IMG/VR virus record: IMGVR_UViG_3300050510_000109
Span: 1 to 64,000 of that record
Direction: 5' to 3' (one strand)
Length of the DNA stretch: 64,000 nt
Source of the DNA: a virus
Lineage: Duplodnaviria > Caudoviricetes
Shown: piece after piece, positions 54,372-64,000 of the stretch
Position numbering within the stretch: position 1 is the stretch's first letter
Layout: each line of letters starts with the position of its first letter
Notes under the pieces: model-generated
Told to the model about the DNA's origin: nothing
Databases searched by the model: none
Seen by the model: the letters and a program-made list of their open reading frames with translations, nothing else
Position numbers and translations under genes: made by a program

Positions 54372-55124
54372 ATGGTCGCCGAGCGATTGATTGGCAATGC
54401 AACCATAGATCAATCACTCGCCATTGATAATACAAATAGGCAACTAGGTTGGAACTTCAAGACGAGTGCAGCGGGCAAAGTAGTAACACGTGCATTTGTT
54501 AGAATTCCACCCTCAGGTGGTTTTGTAGCTGGATCTTTTTGGCAGTTGTGGAAACGGGCAGCTCCCATCTCAGCATCCACGAGATTACAGAATATAGATA
54601 TCTCTGGGATAACGGGAGCTTCCGGTTCCTGGTCAGTAGTACCAGGAGTTTCCAGTACAGCTCTGTTACAAGATAACTTTTACTTTACCACCATTTTTAT
54701 GCCTCACACGGACCCTGGAGTATATCTATTCAAGAGTGGGTTTGGTAACCCGACAAGCGGGTCATTATCGGGCAACTGTATTTTTAAGAACACTATCGAT
54801 ACCACACCAAACCCTGATACGATCGCTCCGGACGACGAGACATTCGCCAACGGTGCCTTCGCCGTTGACATAGAGATAGACAACGCTGGAGGTTCATCCA
54901 TGGCAGGAGGTTGGCTCCCGAAGGTTGGACGCCACTGTATATATCTGCAACAGAAGACTGTTGGTGGCAATACCCAATATGTCAAACGTCGTCCAGCTAT
55001 AATCACTGCTGTTGCCGGAGTCAATGTCACTGTACGTATAGTCCACTCTGGCGAAACCTACGCAGGAGTTGTCCCTCGGACAGATCCAGATTCCAATTCC
55101 GTTGGAATTTACGTCTCTTACTAG
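54372..55124 (+). CDS. Virion accessory / carbohydrate-binding-like protein
   Basis: LGWNFKT, FYFTT, FAVDIE beta-sandwich pattern (DUF4082-like). Confidence 0.45.
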   Translation: MVAERLIGNATIDQSLAIDNTNRQLGWNFKTSAAGKVVTRAFVRIPPSGGFVAGSFWQLWKRAAPISASTRLQNIDISGITGASGSWSVVPGVSSTALLQDNFYFTTIFMPHTDPGVYLFKSGFGNPTSGSLSGNCIFKNTIDTTPNPDTIAPDDETFANGAFAVDIEIDNAGGSSMAGGWLPKVGRHCIYLQQKTVGGNTQYVKRRPAIITAVAGVNVTVRIVHSGETYAGVVPRTDPDSNSVGIYVSY

Positions 55125-55133
55125 GAGGACGCC

Positions 55134-55289
55134 ATGGACATCCTAGCATTGATTCTAATAATTGGTGCACTCGTGTGCTTCATTGTTGAAACTGTCCGGT
55201 CCGGATTTAGCCTGCTTGCTCTTGGTTTAGCTTGTTTGGCCGGTTATTTTCTTATCATCGCAGTTAATGCGCTTGGCGCTGGAGGTTAG
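55134..55289 (+). CDS. 51-aa two-TM membrane protein (holin-like; not in the ORF track)
   Basis: AGGAGG SD; MDILALILIIGALVCFIVETVRSGFSLLALGLACLAGYFLIIAV. Confidence 0.55.
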   Translation: MDILALILIIGALVCFIVETVRSGFSLLALGLACLAGYFLIIAVNALGAGG

Positions 55290-55296
55290 GTACAAA

Positions 55297-55680
55297 ATGC
55301 CCGTTGCTGTTGTAATCCAAAACACACAAGAATTCAAGCTTAAGTCTTGTCAAGGTGGCGTAGTCGAAATTCGACGGATGACTTTCGGTGAGTCGCTGAT
55401 TCGTAAGGACATGATGGCTTCTGTTGCCATGGAAATGCAGAACAGATCCAAGGGCAACGAGTCCATGAAGATTCAGATGGATCTGTTGCAGGAGAAGACT
55501 ACACTTTGGGAATTCTCGAATCTGGTGATGAAGCACAACCTCACCGATGCCAATGAGAAGCTGCTGGACTTCAAAAACCCAGCGCACGTCAAGGCGTTGG
55601 AGGGTAAGATCGGCGACGAAATTCAGCAATACATCAACGAGCTAAACTCTTTCGAAGAGGATGAAGAGATAAAAAACTAG
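55297..55680 (+). CDS. Tail assembly chaperone G
   Basis: Precedes the tape measure gene; ends in an A AAA AAC slippery heptamer. Confidence 0.8.
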   Translation: MPVAVVIQNTQEFKLKSCQGGVVEIRRMTFGESLIRKDMMASVAMEMQNRSKGNESMKIQMDLLQEKTTLWEFSNLVMKHNLTDANEKLLDFKNPAHVKALEGKIGDEIQQYINELNSFEEDEEIKN

Positions 55681-55898
55681 CTAGGCGGCTCAGAGCTGCC
55701 ATCCTGACAAAAGCCAAAAAAGTTGATATAGATGTTAGCTTGATAATTCAGCTGATAAATGACTGCCAGGAATTTGGTGTAATGCCCAGACCTGGCGGTT
55801 TATTACAGCAAGATGCGTTGTTCATGCATCTGTTCCATGGCGTTCAGGAAGCTAGGGCCACCAGGGCTGAATTGGATAACCCAAAGCCAAAGACGTAA
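55671..55898 (+). CDS. Tail assembly chaperone GT extension (-1 frameshift)
   Basis: -1 frame open from the slippery site to TAA at 55898; MPRPGGLLQQD motif. Confidence 0.7.
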   Translation, partial: KKLARRLRAAILTKAKKVDIDVSLIIQLINDCQEFGVMPRPGGLLQQDALFMHLFHGVQEARATRAELDNPKPKT

Positions 55899-55906
55899 GG
55901 TGCTAA

Positions 55907-58666
55907 ATGGCAATTACCCGTGATCTATGGATTGTGCTTCGGGCTCGCGACGAAGCCAGCAGGATCATACGCTCATTTGGCCAGAACGTTTCCGGAGCAG
56001 CAAATAGTGCTGCCTCTAACATGACTAATTTCGAACGTACCATGCAGAGTCTAGGATTGAGGTTGCAGCAATTTGCTATGACCTCAATGCTAGCCGGTAC
56101 GGCTCTTGCCGGTATGGGCGCGGCAGGAATTGCATTTCTTAAGTCTGCCTCAGATGTTGCCGTGGCGTACGAAAAGCAAGTCCGTGCCACCAAAACTCAG
56201 GTCGATGACATAACAGTAAGTCTGGATGATCTGGCTGCGGTGGGTAGAAGAGTTGCCCGCGAGGTAGAGATTCCGTTCGAGCAGATGCAAGATACTCTGT
56301 TCTTCATCTTCTCTTCTATGAATGTTACCTTAGCTGAGTCCGAACAATTGCTGAAAGGTTTTGCTAAGGAGGCAGTTGCTGGTCAAACCAGCATTGAGAA
56401 CGCTGCTCGATCTAACATTGCCATTATGAACTCATTAGGTCTTACAACCAAAGATCTAGGTAGAATTCAAGATGTGCAGTTTCAAGTAGTTCGTAAAGGT
56501 GTTATTACCTACGAGGAACTTTCCAACGTTATTGGTCGAGCCCTGCCCGCTGCTGCCCGTTCAGGACAGTCGATAGAGACGCTGGGCGCCATGATGGCGT
56601 TCCTTACCCGTAACGGTCTGTCCGCTGCTATGGCGTCGGCTTCTGCCGCGCGAGCGTTGGAATCTTTTGCCCACCCGACGACAGTCAAACGACTTGAGCA
56701 GATTGGTATTACAGTTAGAGATGCCAAGGGCGAATTCTTGCCCTTGCTCGACGTTATGACTCAAATGAACAAAAAGCTGAAAGATATGGCGCAACCTGAG
56801 CGAGCCAAATTCTTCCAGGAATTGTTCAAAGGCGCGGGTGGTACCATCCAGGCCAGGCGTTTTTGGGATACAGCATTTAAGAACTTTGACGATTTCACCG
56901 AGATGATGGGGTTCATGACCAACTCATCTGGTGTGTTCGAAAATGCTTATGAAAACATGGCCAACAGTGTGGCCAACAAGTCTGTATTGCTTGAGAACAA
57001 GTGGATGCTCATCAAGGAAACTCTTGGTCGAGCAGTTATGCCACACTTGCTCAAGCTTATGGATCTGTTGGGTCAGGTGATGGATTGGTTTGATCGCCTT
57101 CCTGAGCCAACAAAGAACATGATTGCACAGTTTATTCTGTGGGGATCAATAATAGCTATTGCTGTTGGTGCACTGATGATTCTTATTGGTGTGTTGGCGT
57201 TCTTTGTTTCTGGTGTCATGCTGGCGGGCGAGGCACTGATAATTATTCTGGCTGCGCTAGTTGGGGTAACTGCGGCAGTCATTGGGCTAGGTGCTGGGTT
57301 CTATTACGCTTGGCAAAGAGCCGAAGAATTCCGAGCGATAATATCTGACGTTGGTCAGATCTTGAAGGATCTGTGGCAAGGCGTAGTTAATGTTGCTCAG
57401 GACATTCAGAAGTCTTTCGATGATAAGGTACGACCAGCACTGGAACACCTGTGGGAAGTAGTTGAAACTAAGGTTTTGCCTGCGGTCAGGGAATTCATTC
57501 GGATGTGGAAGGAAGAGGTATTCCCTAAGCTTCAGGAAGCTGGTCGGATAATCAAGGACATGGTCGTCAAGACCTTTGAGCTTGTTGCTGAAACCATTGA
57601 GAATTACATCATCCCAGCGATAAATAAGCTTACTGAGTGGTGGGAGAAAAACGGCGACACTCTTCGTCCGTTGCTGGCTTACTTCGGTGAGCTGGTCAAG
57701 TGGCTGCTCATTGTTGGCGCAGCGTTGGTCTTGGCACCAATCATTGCCTTCTTCACTGCCATCGCAGCAATAATCATTGCGGTCTACAACTTTATTGAAT
57801 CTCTCAAGACCTTGTGGAGTTGGATCACTACAGCGTTCAATGCGGTGGTCAGTTTCTTCAAGGGAATGATTGACTTCATTGTTAGCTTTGTTACTGGAGT
57901 TTACAATACAGTTGACCAAGCCCTGCGACCACTGACCAACCTGATCAAGGCAGTGTTCGGTTTGATATTTGAAATCATCAGGTTCTTCACCGTTCTGGCC
58001 CGCGAAGTTATCAAGGACTGGATCATTCCATTTGTCAAAGACTTCATCGACGGTTTCATGAAGCTCTACAACATGGTGTCGAAGTTTGTCATGGATATCT
58101 ACACAACCATCAGAGATTTCTTCGCCAAGATATTTGGTGAGGCGGAAAAACAAGGCAAGCCATTCTTCGATGTTATTGCCAAAATTTGGAATGACCTGAA
58201 GCAGTACATCAAGGGCACGATTGATGGCATTGTCAAGCTCTTCGCTGACGCAGGCAAGTGGCTTTTCGAGGCAGGCAAGAACATCATTACCGGTCTGCTC
58301 AACGGTATTACCGAGAAGATTAATGACCTGAAGAAGAAGCTCAAAGAGATAACCGACATGATCCCGAAGATTAAGGGACCAAAGTCTGTTGACCTTCAAC
58401 TTCTGGTCCCAGTTGGTAAGAACATCATGCAGGGATTCATGAACGGTATCGAAAGTCAGATACCAATGATAAAGGCTCAGCTTCAGGGCATAACCGCACA
58501 AATTGGTGGGCTGTCCGTACCAACGCTTACCATGCCAACACCAGCCTTCGCCGGTACTCCGGTACAGCAAAAGAACATCACGCAAAACATAACTGTCAAC
58601 ACGCAAGAAATTAATCCCAGAATTCAAGCCGAGCAATTGGGCTTCGAACTTGGCGATAGGCTATGA
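55907..58666 (+). CDS. Tape measure protein
   Basis: 919 aa; LRARDEAS N-terminus, TP901-like core, Trp/Phe-spaced helical repeats. Confidence 0.92.
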   Translation: MAITRDLWIVLRARDEASRIIRSFGQNVSGAANSAASNMTNFERTMQSLGLRLQQFAMTSMLAGTALAGMGAAGIAFLKSASDVAVAYEKQVRATKTQVDDITVSLDDLAAVGRRVAREVEIPFEQMQDTLFFIFSSMNVTLAESEQLLKGFAKEAVAGQTSIENAARSNIAIMNSLGLTTKDLGRIQDVQFQVVRKGVITYEELSNVIGRALPAAARSGQSIETLGAMMAFLTRNGLSAAMASASAARALESFAHPTTVKRLEQIGITVRDAKGEFLPLLDVMTQMNKKLKDMAQPERAKFFQELFKGAGGTIQARRFWDTAFKNFDDFTEMMGFMTNSSGVFENAYENMANSVANKSVLLENKWMLIKETLGRAVMPHLLKLMDLLGQVMDWFDRLPEPTKNMIAQFILWGSIIAIAVGALMILIGVLAFFVSGVMLAGEALIIILAALVGVTAAVIGLGAGFYYAWQRAEEFRAIISDVGQILKDLWQGVVNVAQDIQKSFDDKVRPALEHLWEVVETKVLPAVREFIRMWKEEVFPKLQEAGRIIKDMVVKTFELVAETIENYIIPAINKLTEWWEKNGDTLRPLLAYFGELVKWLLIVGAALVLAPIIAFFTAIAAIIIAVYNFIESLKTLWSWITTAFNAVVSFFKGMIDFIVSFVTGVYNTVDQALRPLTNLIKAVFGLIFEIIRFFTVLAREVIKDWIIPFVKDFIDGFMKLYNMVSKFVMDIYTTIRDFFAKIFGEAEKQGKPFFDVIAKIWNDLKQYIKGTIDGIVKLFADAGKWLFEAGKNIITGLLNGITEKINDLKKKLKEITDMIPKIKGPKSVDLQLLVPVGKNIMQGFMNGIESQIPMIKAQLQGITAQIGGLSVPTLTMPTPAFAGTPVQQKNITQNITVNTQEINPRIQAEQLGFELGDRL

Positions 58667-59528
58667 GATGCCACTGACTGAGGATCTTACGTTTATGCTT
58701 GGGAGTACTGGAGTTGTATTAAACTCCAGTACCTCGGGTGTGCCATTCATCGATGTCCTGTCGGTTATTGGATTGGATAATGCTCCCTATCGTGAGACCA
58801 GACGAGAGCATGAAGGTACCGATGGTGGCTTCATGGATGCTGAGTTTGAGCGAGGCAGAGACGTACTGATAAATGCAGAGATCTATGCTGATTCAAGTAG
58901 CATGGAAGACTACTTGGATTCGTTGAAAGAGAACTATGCGCCCAGCACATCGGTAATACCCTTCTACTTCAAGGCTCCAGGTGTGGACGAGCGACTTGTC
59001 TATGTGAAGCCGTTAGGGGTAAAGTACGATTGGGAGCAGATCCGTAGAATTGGTCAGGCCAAGGCGCAGTTCAAGATGTTCGCGGAAGATCCCAGGATCT
59101 ATGCAGCAACGGAAACAAGTACTAACATTCCCTTCTCTGCTGGTGCGCTGACTGGTTTTGGATTCAACCTTAGCTTCAACTTTGGTTTCGGTGGTGCAGC
59201 CACTACAGATGGAGCTATCGTCACCAACACAGGCAACAGATCCACTCCAGCAACATTTACCATAACCGGTCCTTGCGATGGACCGTCAATACGAGACGAA
59301 ACCTACGGGCATATATTAGCTTTTAACACGTCCTTGGCTGCGGGTGAGACACTAGTTATTGACACGCAGTTCAAGACAGTAAGACTAAATGGAACTACCA
59401 ACAGGCGTAACACAATGACCAACTTTGATTGGTTCTCGCTGCAACCCGGTGAGACTTTCATACGCTACGGAGCTTCCGTCGGTACTGGAAGTTCGCTAAA
59501 CGTAAGATTCCGTTCGGCTTGGAGATAG
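58650..59528 (+). CDS. Distal tail protein (Dit)
   Basis: Follows the tape measure gene; FAEDPRIY, TNTGN, GETLVIDT, LQPG. Confidence 0.75.
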   Translation: MAIGYEMPLTEDLTFMLGSTGVVLNSSTSGVPFIDVLSVIGLDNAPYRETRREHEGTDGGFMDAEFERGRDVLINAEIYADSSSMEDYLDSLKENYAPSTSVIPFYFKAPGVDERLVYVKPLGVKYDWEQIRRIGQAKAQFKMFAEDPRIYAATETSTNIPFSAGALTGFGFNLSFNFGFGGAATTDGAIVTNTGNRSTPATFTITGPCDGPSIRDETYGHILAFNTSLAAGETLVIDTQFKTVRLNGTTNRRNTMTNFDWFSLQPGETFIRYGASVGTGSSLNVRFRSAWR

Positions 59529-59532
59529 CAGA

Positions 59533-60696
59533 ATGACAATTCAGAACCCGCCTGGCTGGATTCAAGCGCTGAGTACACACACCGCAGCTCAGTTGCGGAC
59601 GTATCTGGCTTCTTTCCAAGCTGGCGGATTTCCCGATAACACTTCCCTTCGTGCCAGGGGTGGGGTTCATCCTACGTTAGGTAACCATTTCTTGGTTGCC
59701 CAAGCTGGCTCGCCAAACATGACGGTAATCGTTTCGTCTGGTGTTTGTTCTATACCTGGATCGGAAAACTCACTGCAAGGTAACTATATTGCAGTTAATG
59801 ATGCTCCAGTAACGCTGTCAATTTCGGCGGCACATGCGTCGCTGGCAAGAATTGACATTGTTGTCGTTAACGTCAGAGATGCACAATACAGTGGCGTAAG
59901 CAATGATGTGCAGCTTCAGGTAATTACTGGTACCCCTGCATCGAGCCCGGCTGTTCCTACTGCTCCAGCTAATTCGATAACTATTGCGCAGATAGCCGTG
60001 GGCGCTGGTGTGACCTCTATCGTTACCGCAAATATCACGGACACCAGAGATTACATGACTGCTACTGGTGGTGTGATGCAGATCCGCAACCTTGCGGCTG
60101 CTCCATCATCGTCCATTATACAAGAAGGCCAGCTTCTTTGGGCGATGGACACCAACACTCTGTATCTGCATGATGGATCTGCCAACAACCAAGTGTATCC
60201 GCACGCAGTAACACAGTTTGTTCGCAAGACTGCTGACGAGACGATAAACAACTCTGCTTCGCAACAAGATGATGACCATCTCACTTTACCAATTGCTGCC
60301 AACACTACCTACACCTTTGAAGTCTATTGTTCGATAAACGTGTTCAGTGCTAACGGTTGGAAAGCTGGGTTCTCATTCCCGTCAAGTCCGACTGAAGTCT
60401 CTTGGATGCAATTTGGACCTTTGGCAAATGGTGATGGTGGTAACTCTTCTGGTTCTCAACAAGCACACTGGACATCTGGTGCTCTGGGACAAACTTCGTC
60501 TCCAGCGTCGTCGGCTGCCAATACCGGTGGTTTGAGTCAGGGTACTGCTTTCGATACATGGCACTGGATAAAAGGTCACATCGTTAATGGAGCTAACGCA
60601 GGCAACTTGCGGCTCCGTTGGGCAATGAATGCTGCTTCGGGAAACAACTTGATTGTGCGAACCAACTCATGGATGGAAGTTAGGAGAATTGGATAA
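59533..60696 (+). CDS. Minor tail / baseplate protein
   Basis: RIDIVVV, PTAPANSITIAQI, ITDTR pattern common in actinophage minor tail proteins. Confidence 0.7.
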   Translation: MTIQNPPGWIQALSTHTAAQLRTYLASFQAGGFPDNTSLRARGGVHPTLGNHFLVAQAGSPNMTVIVSSGVCSIPGSENSLQGNYIAVNDAPVTLSISAAHASLARIDIVVVNVRDAQYSGVSNDVQLQVITGTPASSPAVPTAPANSITIAQIAVGAGVTSIVTANITDTRDYMTATGGVMQIRNLAAAPSSSIIQEGQLLWAMDTNTLYLHDGSANNQVYPHAVTQFVRKTADETINNSASQQDDDHLTLPIAANTTYTFEVYCSINVFSANGWKAGFSFPSSPTEVSWMQFGPLANGDGGNSSGSQQAHWTSGALGQTSSPASSAANTGGLSQGTAFDTWHWIKGHIVNGANAGNLRLRWAMNAASGNNLIVRTNSWMEVRRIG

Positions 60697-60944
60697 TGGC
60701 TAAGCATACTTACGGTTTTGACATGTCTCATGATGAAGAAGATGCTAAGCAAATTGCTGTACAGAAGTGCAAGGCTGATGGATTCCTTCTGCTTGATAGT
60801 GAGTTTGAGGTGGAAGTTGTTCACAGCGAAGAGTTAGACGCAAATAACGAGTTTCACGTAGTGATACGATCTGACCGCGAAGGCCATGTAATGCCAATTC
60901 CAACAGAAGTTGTACCGCTTGAGGCTGAGCCAAAAGATGCCTAA
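60696..60944 (+). CDS. Hypothetical protein
   Basis: Overlapping stop/start in the tail operon. Confidence 0.5.
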   Translation: MAKHTYGFDMSHDEEDAKQIAVQKCKADGFLLLDSEFEVEVVHSEELDANNEFHVVIRSDREGHVMPIPTEVVPLEAEPKDA

Positions 60945-62007
60945 TGTCTCTTATATATTTGGTGACGTTCTCACCGGAGGGATAATTGAGGAGATCTCCC
61001 TCCAAGGTGTGTCAATGACCCGTGGGTTTGGTCAGGGTGAGCTGCGTGGTTCATTTCAGTTAGACCAAACTGGCAAAAACAATAGCGACTTGATGTCCGC
61101 CACAGAAGAGGGCAGAAGCTTCGTCATATGTACCCGCGACACCCAACCAGTATGGGGCGGCATCGTATGGACGAGGACATATCAAAGTCAAGCAAAGGTG
61201 TACGAACTTTACTGCAAGGCTTTTGAGCATTACCCAGAAAATAGGATTATGCTCGAAGACTTCTCTAGCACCAACATAGAACAGCGAGTAATATTTTTGG
61301 ATCTGTGGGCGACAATGATGGCAGATCCAAACAGCCTACAGGTAACTCTGCCTGCAACCCCTGCTACGGTAGTACCAAAGACGCTAGATGTAAAAGGTGT
61401 TGAGTATAAGAAGTTCCGACAGGCGATGGATTCAATCTCCAACGGAGATGATGGGTTTGACTGGACCATCGACATAGCTCTGGTTGGTGGAGTATTCACC
61501 AAAACATTGCGGATTGGTTATCCCACCTTGGGTTCGGTGGAGCCGCAGGTATTGTATTACGATGGTGAAATCACCAACTATTGGAACAATGGCACCATGG
61601 GCGGGCGTGCCACTCATCTTTATGGCGTGGGAGCTGGTGAAGGATCTGCGGGCTTGGTCCAGGAAGTTATCCATACCGATTTAGTAAGTGCTGGATTCCC
61701 AAGATACGATTTAGCACTCAGCTATAAGGACATAACTGACGCTACCATTCTTTCCAGCCTAACTGCACAAGCAGCTAGATTCCGAAAAGCTGGCGTTCCC
61801 ATCTATACAATAGAAGTCAAGGGGGATTTGGAACCTCAGTTTGGTAGCTACGGCCTAGGTGACCGGGTACAAATACACTTCAATGATCCATCACACATTG
61901 GAACAAATTCGGTTTACGAATCCAGAATTGTCGGTTGGGAATACTATCCGCCAAGCGATGACCATGTTGAGTATGCCAGACTTGTGTTTGAAGGTGATTT
62001 CTCATGA
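60937..62007 (+). CDS. Minor tail protein (baseplate hub-like)
   Basis: VWGGIVW, GFDW, RIGYPTLG, YGLGDRV, RIVGW. Confidence 0.7.
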   Translation: MPNVSYIFGDVLTGGIIEEISLQGVSMTRGFGQGELRGSFQLDQTGKNNSDLMSATEEGRSFVICTRDTQPVWGGIVWTRTYQSQAKVYELYCKAFEHYPENRIMLEDFSSTNIEQRVIFLDLWATMMADPNSLQVTLPATPATVVPKTLDVKGVEYKKFRQAMDSISNGDDGFDWTIDIALVGGVFTKTLRIGYPTLGSVEPQVLYYDGEITNYWNNGTMGGRATHLYGVGAGEGSAGLVQEVIHTDLVSAGFPRYDLALSYKDITDATILSSLTAQAARFRKAGVPIYTIEVKGDLEPQFGSYGLGDRVQIHFNDPSHIGTNSVYESRIVGWEYYPPSDDHVEYARLVFEGDFS

Positions 62008-62744
62008 GCGATAGGTATGAATCCAATCCTCTCAGACGCCGTGGTCGTCCGGATATTGTTGAGCACATTAAAGATCTCAGTGAACGACTTGGTACGTCTG
62101 AGGTTGGACTGAGAATTGGTCACACATCGATTGAAGATGGTGACCTGATCGTGCTTAACGGTGACATCAGGGTTGCCGAATCTGATGGAACTACTGTGCT
62201 TCGTATTTTGCATGGAAGCACTCCGGAGATCCGGATGTACCCCTTGGGGGACACGGACACCCACGAAATTGCCATCTTTGGTTTCGACTTCGGAACACCA
62301 CCTGACACCGATCAAGCCATGATGTTCCAGGTGGAACGAATAGCTGATTTCTTCCAAGATGGTGGCAAGCTGTTCTTCACCAGAAAATATGCAATTATGT
62401 CTCACCTGGCTTTTGGTGGAGAAGAGACATATGTGTGGTGTAGTGCAGATGCAGTACTTCCAGAAATTCTTTTGTTCCGAGGAAAGCTTCGGGACTCTTG
62501 GCAATACGATACGCGCCAAACCTTTTATCCTGGTACGTTGACTGCGAGTGCGGGGTTTTCTACTTGGACACATACGTACTTCAGTGCCTTTGCTGACCAA
62601 ATGCTCCCAATTGTTACTGTGGTACAATCCGGTTCGGTGAACACTTGGGGACTAGATGGCTTTTCTACTTCAGCATTCACCGTAAGGTTCGGTAGCACTT
62701 CAGGTAGCAAAGTAGTTAACTTTTGGGTGGTGAGATGTAGCTAA
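62004..62744 (+). CDS. Minor tail protein
   Basis: 4-bp overlap; IKDLSERL coiled segment; position in the tail operon. Confidence 0.55.
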   Translation: MSDRYESNPLRRRGRPDIVEHIKDLSERLGTSEVGLRIGHTSIEDGDLIVLNGDIRVAESDGTTVLRILHGSTPEIRMYPLGDTDTHEIAIFGFDFGTPPDTDQAMMFQVERIADFFQDGGKLFFTRKYAIMSHLAFGGEETYVWCSADAVLPEILLFRGKLRDSWQYDTRQTFYPGTLTASAGFSTWTHTYFSAFADQMLPIVTVVQSGSVNTWGLDGFSTSAFTVRFGSTSGSKVVNFWVVRCS

Positions 62745-63340
62745 TGAGAGATATGAAGGTTATCTGTTCCAGATTCAATGAACAAGTCGATCGAATAGAA
62801 GTTGTCCGTGAGATAACCAACGACGATGGCTCAGTTGAATACAACTGCCTTTCTCTGCCATCCAACCGCCTCGAATGGATATCTGCGGAGTACGGAATCG
62901 ATGATGCAGACGAGTTGGCAGAAATTGCTGTATATGAGTCGTTCATGCCGCCTGCCGACACGTATAAGGATGAAGTTACCGCGCGCAACCAGGTGAGAAC
63001 TGGAGTGACGGTACTTAAAGCCAGACTTGGTCCTACGACTCCGGCCAACAACAAAGTGACACTGAAGTCGCGATTGCAAGCGGCAGGCATTCCCCGAGAA
63101 TTTGTCGATGCAGTTGATGACAATGCAATTGATGTAATAAAAAGACACTCGAACATCGATGCTGGTGCTGTAACGAAAAAGCGGAAATTGATTCGATCGA
63201 AGAGACTGGGCGAAGCTGTATCAGATTACCCATCGCCTTCGGAATCGGTTCCAGGAAAAGATCGTCTGCCAGCACAGGCGGCAAGGTCAATGGTTAAATT
63301 GCCCACTATTCAAATGGCAAAAGGTAAACGAATTGGGTGA
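62744..63340 (+). CDS. Hypothetical protein
   Basis: Overlapping stop/start. Confidence 0.5.
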   Translation: MRDMKVICSRFNEQVDRIEVVREITNDDGSVEYNCLSLPSNRLEWISAEYGIDDADELAEIAVYESFMPPADTYKDEVTARNQVRTGVTVLKARLGPTTPANNKVTLKSRLQAAGIPREFVDAVDDNAIDVIKRHSNIDAGAVTKKRKLIRSKRLGEAVSDYPSPSESVPGKDRLPAQAARSMVKLPTIQMAKGKRIG

Positions 63341-63590
63341 TGTTATGTACGAGGGTATGTGTCTCGGTGGTCCGATGAATGGTGAGTTTGGTCAGTCTAG
63401 GTTTCCAAAGGGATTTCTCCTAGTTGACAAGTCCACCAACCGTTGTTGGCTGTACGACTGGTCTCCAGAGTCTGGAACCTTTGCCGTACGAGACGAAGAA
63501 GCAATGGAAGTTTCAAAGCAAGGACGAATTCGAGCAGCAAACGAATCGGATTATGATGTGGTTGCAGCTCCTTGGGTAGGTGCATTGTGA
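63333..63590 (+). CDS. Hypothetical protein
   Basis: GMCLGGPMNG motif. Confidence 0.5.
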   Translation: MGDVMYEGMCLGGPMNGEFGQSRFPKGFLLVDKSTNRCWLYDWSPESGTFAVRDEEAMEVSKQGRIRAANESDYDVVAAPWVGAL

Positions 63591-64000
63591 GTACAAAGGC
63601 ACATGATGTTACCAAGTATATCGCAGATCAGTGGGAGAGCTACTTTGCCTCAGCAGTTTGTTCGGGCATTGTGGGAGATGCTGCTCACCAGCAAAAGAAC
63701 AGTTACCACAACTCCCTAGAAGACAACCCAGATCAGCATGGATTTAGCAACAGCCGTCCCGATGATGCAGCGCCTCCGGGAACGTGGCCAAGGAATTTGG
63801 CTGCGGCTATTGACATGTCCATGAGTGCAACTGATATGGCTCTGTGTTGTGGTCGGTTGTGGAATGTTTGGAATGACACTTCCGATCCACGTAGAGTTTA
63901 CATTAATGCCTTCAACGGGTGGTTTAACGAACCGAACGTTCCAGCCAAACGGTATGACTTTGTTTCTCAGGCTATATCTGAGACTAGTAGTGACCACAAA
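63587..64000 (+). CDS. Endolysin, N-terminal peptidase domain (partial; not in the ORF track)
   Basis: GTG start, open to the window end: SGIVGDAAH...SYH...AAAIDM...DPRR.Y...DHK, an M15-like zinc peptidase pattern. Confidence 0.65.
   Translation, partial: MSTKAHDVTKYIADQWESYFASAVCSGIVGDAAHQQKNSYHNSLEDNPDQHGFSNSRPDDAAPPGTWPRNLAAAIDMSMSATDMALCCGRLWNVWNDTSDPRRVYINAFNGWFNEPNVPAKRYDFVSQAISETSSDHK

Noticed and set aside
44574-59670. Long minus-strand ORFs in the structural region (e.g. 46060-46863, 48144-48986, 57287-58636)
   Set aside because: Antisense shadows of well-supported virion genes.

Overview
This window is part of a large tailed dsDNA phage genome (siphovirus-type tail; no integrase seen). 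The host is probably an actinobacterium, inferred from a BldC-like HTH protein, the endolysin type and ParB/RHH genes. Positions 1-41.2 kb are read on the minus strand: replication/recombination genes (RecD-like helicase, Prim-Pol, DUF669-like SSB, Sak4-like ATPase, Cas4-like nuclease, SNF2 helicase), about 12 tRNAs, a vWA protein, a Ro60/TROVE gene, an SPFH lipoprotein, two ParB-like genes and many small ORFs. Positions 41.9-64 kb are read on the plus strand: terminase, portal, protease/scaffold, capsid, tail, tape measure, baseplate and the start of an endolysin. Main finding 1: the Ro60 gene is accompanied by ten Y-RNA-like genes (19.7-22.8 kb). They share a bulged GACUGA/UUGUU helix and a GGUUAUC motif. 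Three carry the permuted tRNA module of YrlA and seven carry unrelated apical domains. The same bulged helix forms a hairpin next to the Ro60 ribosome-binding site, suggesting autoregulation. Main finding 2: a 4.4-kb zone between the divergent gene blocks holds about 50 TGTCCG copies, partly phased at 10 bp. Copies also lie upstream of the BldC-like gene and of the RHH-ParB operon. Main finding 3: several D-armless or enlarged tRNA-like RNAs. All calls come from reading the sequence by eye; no searches or folding programs were run.
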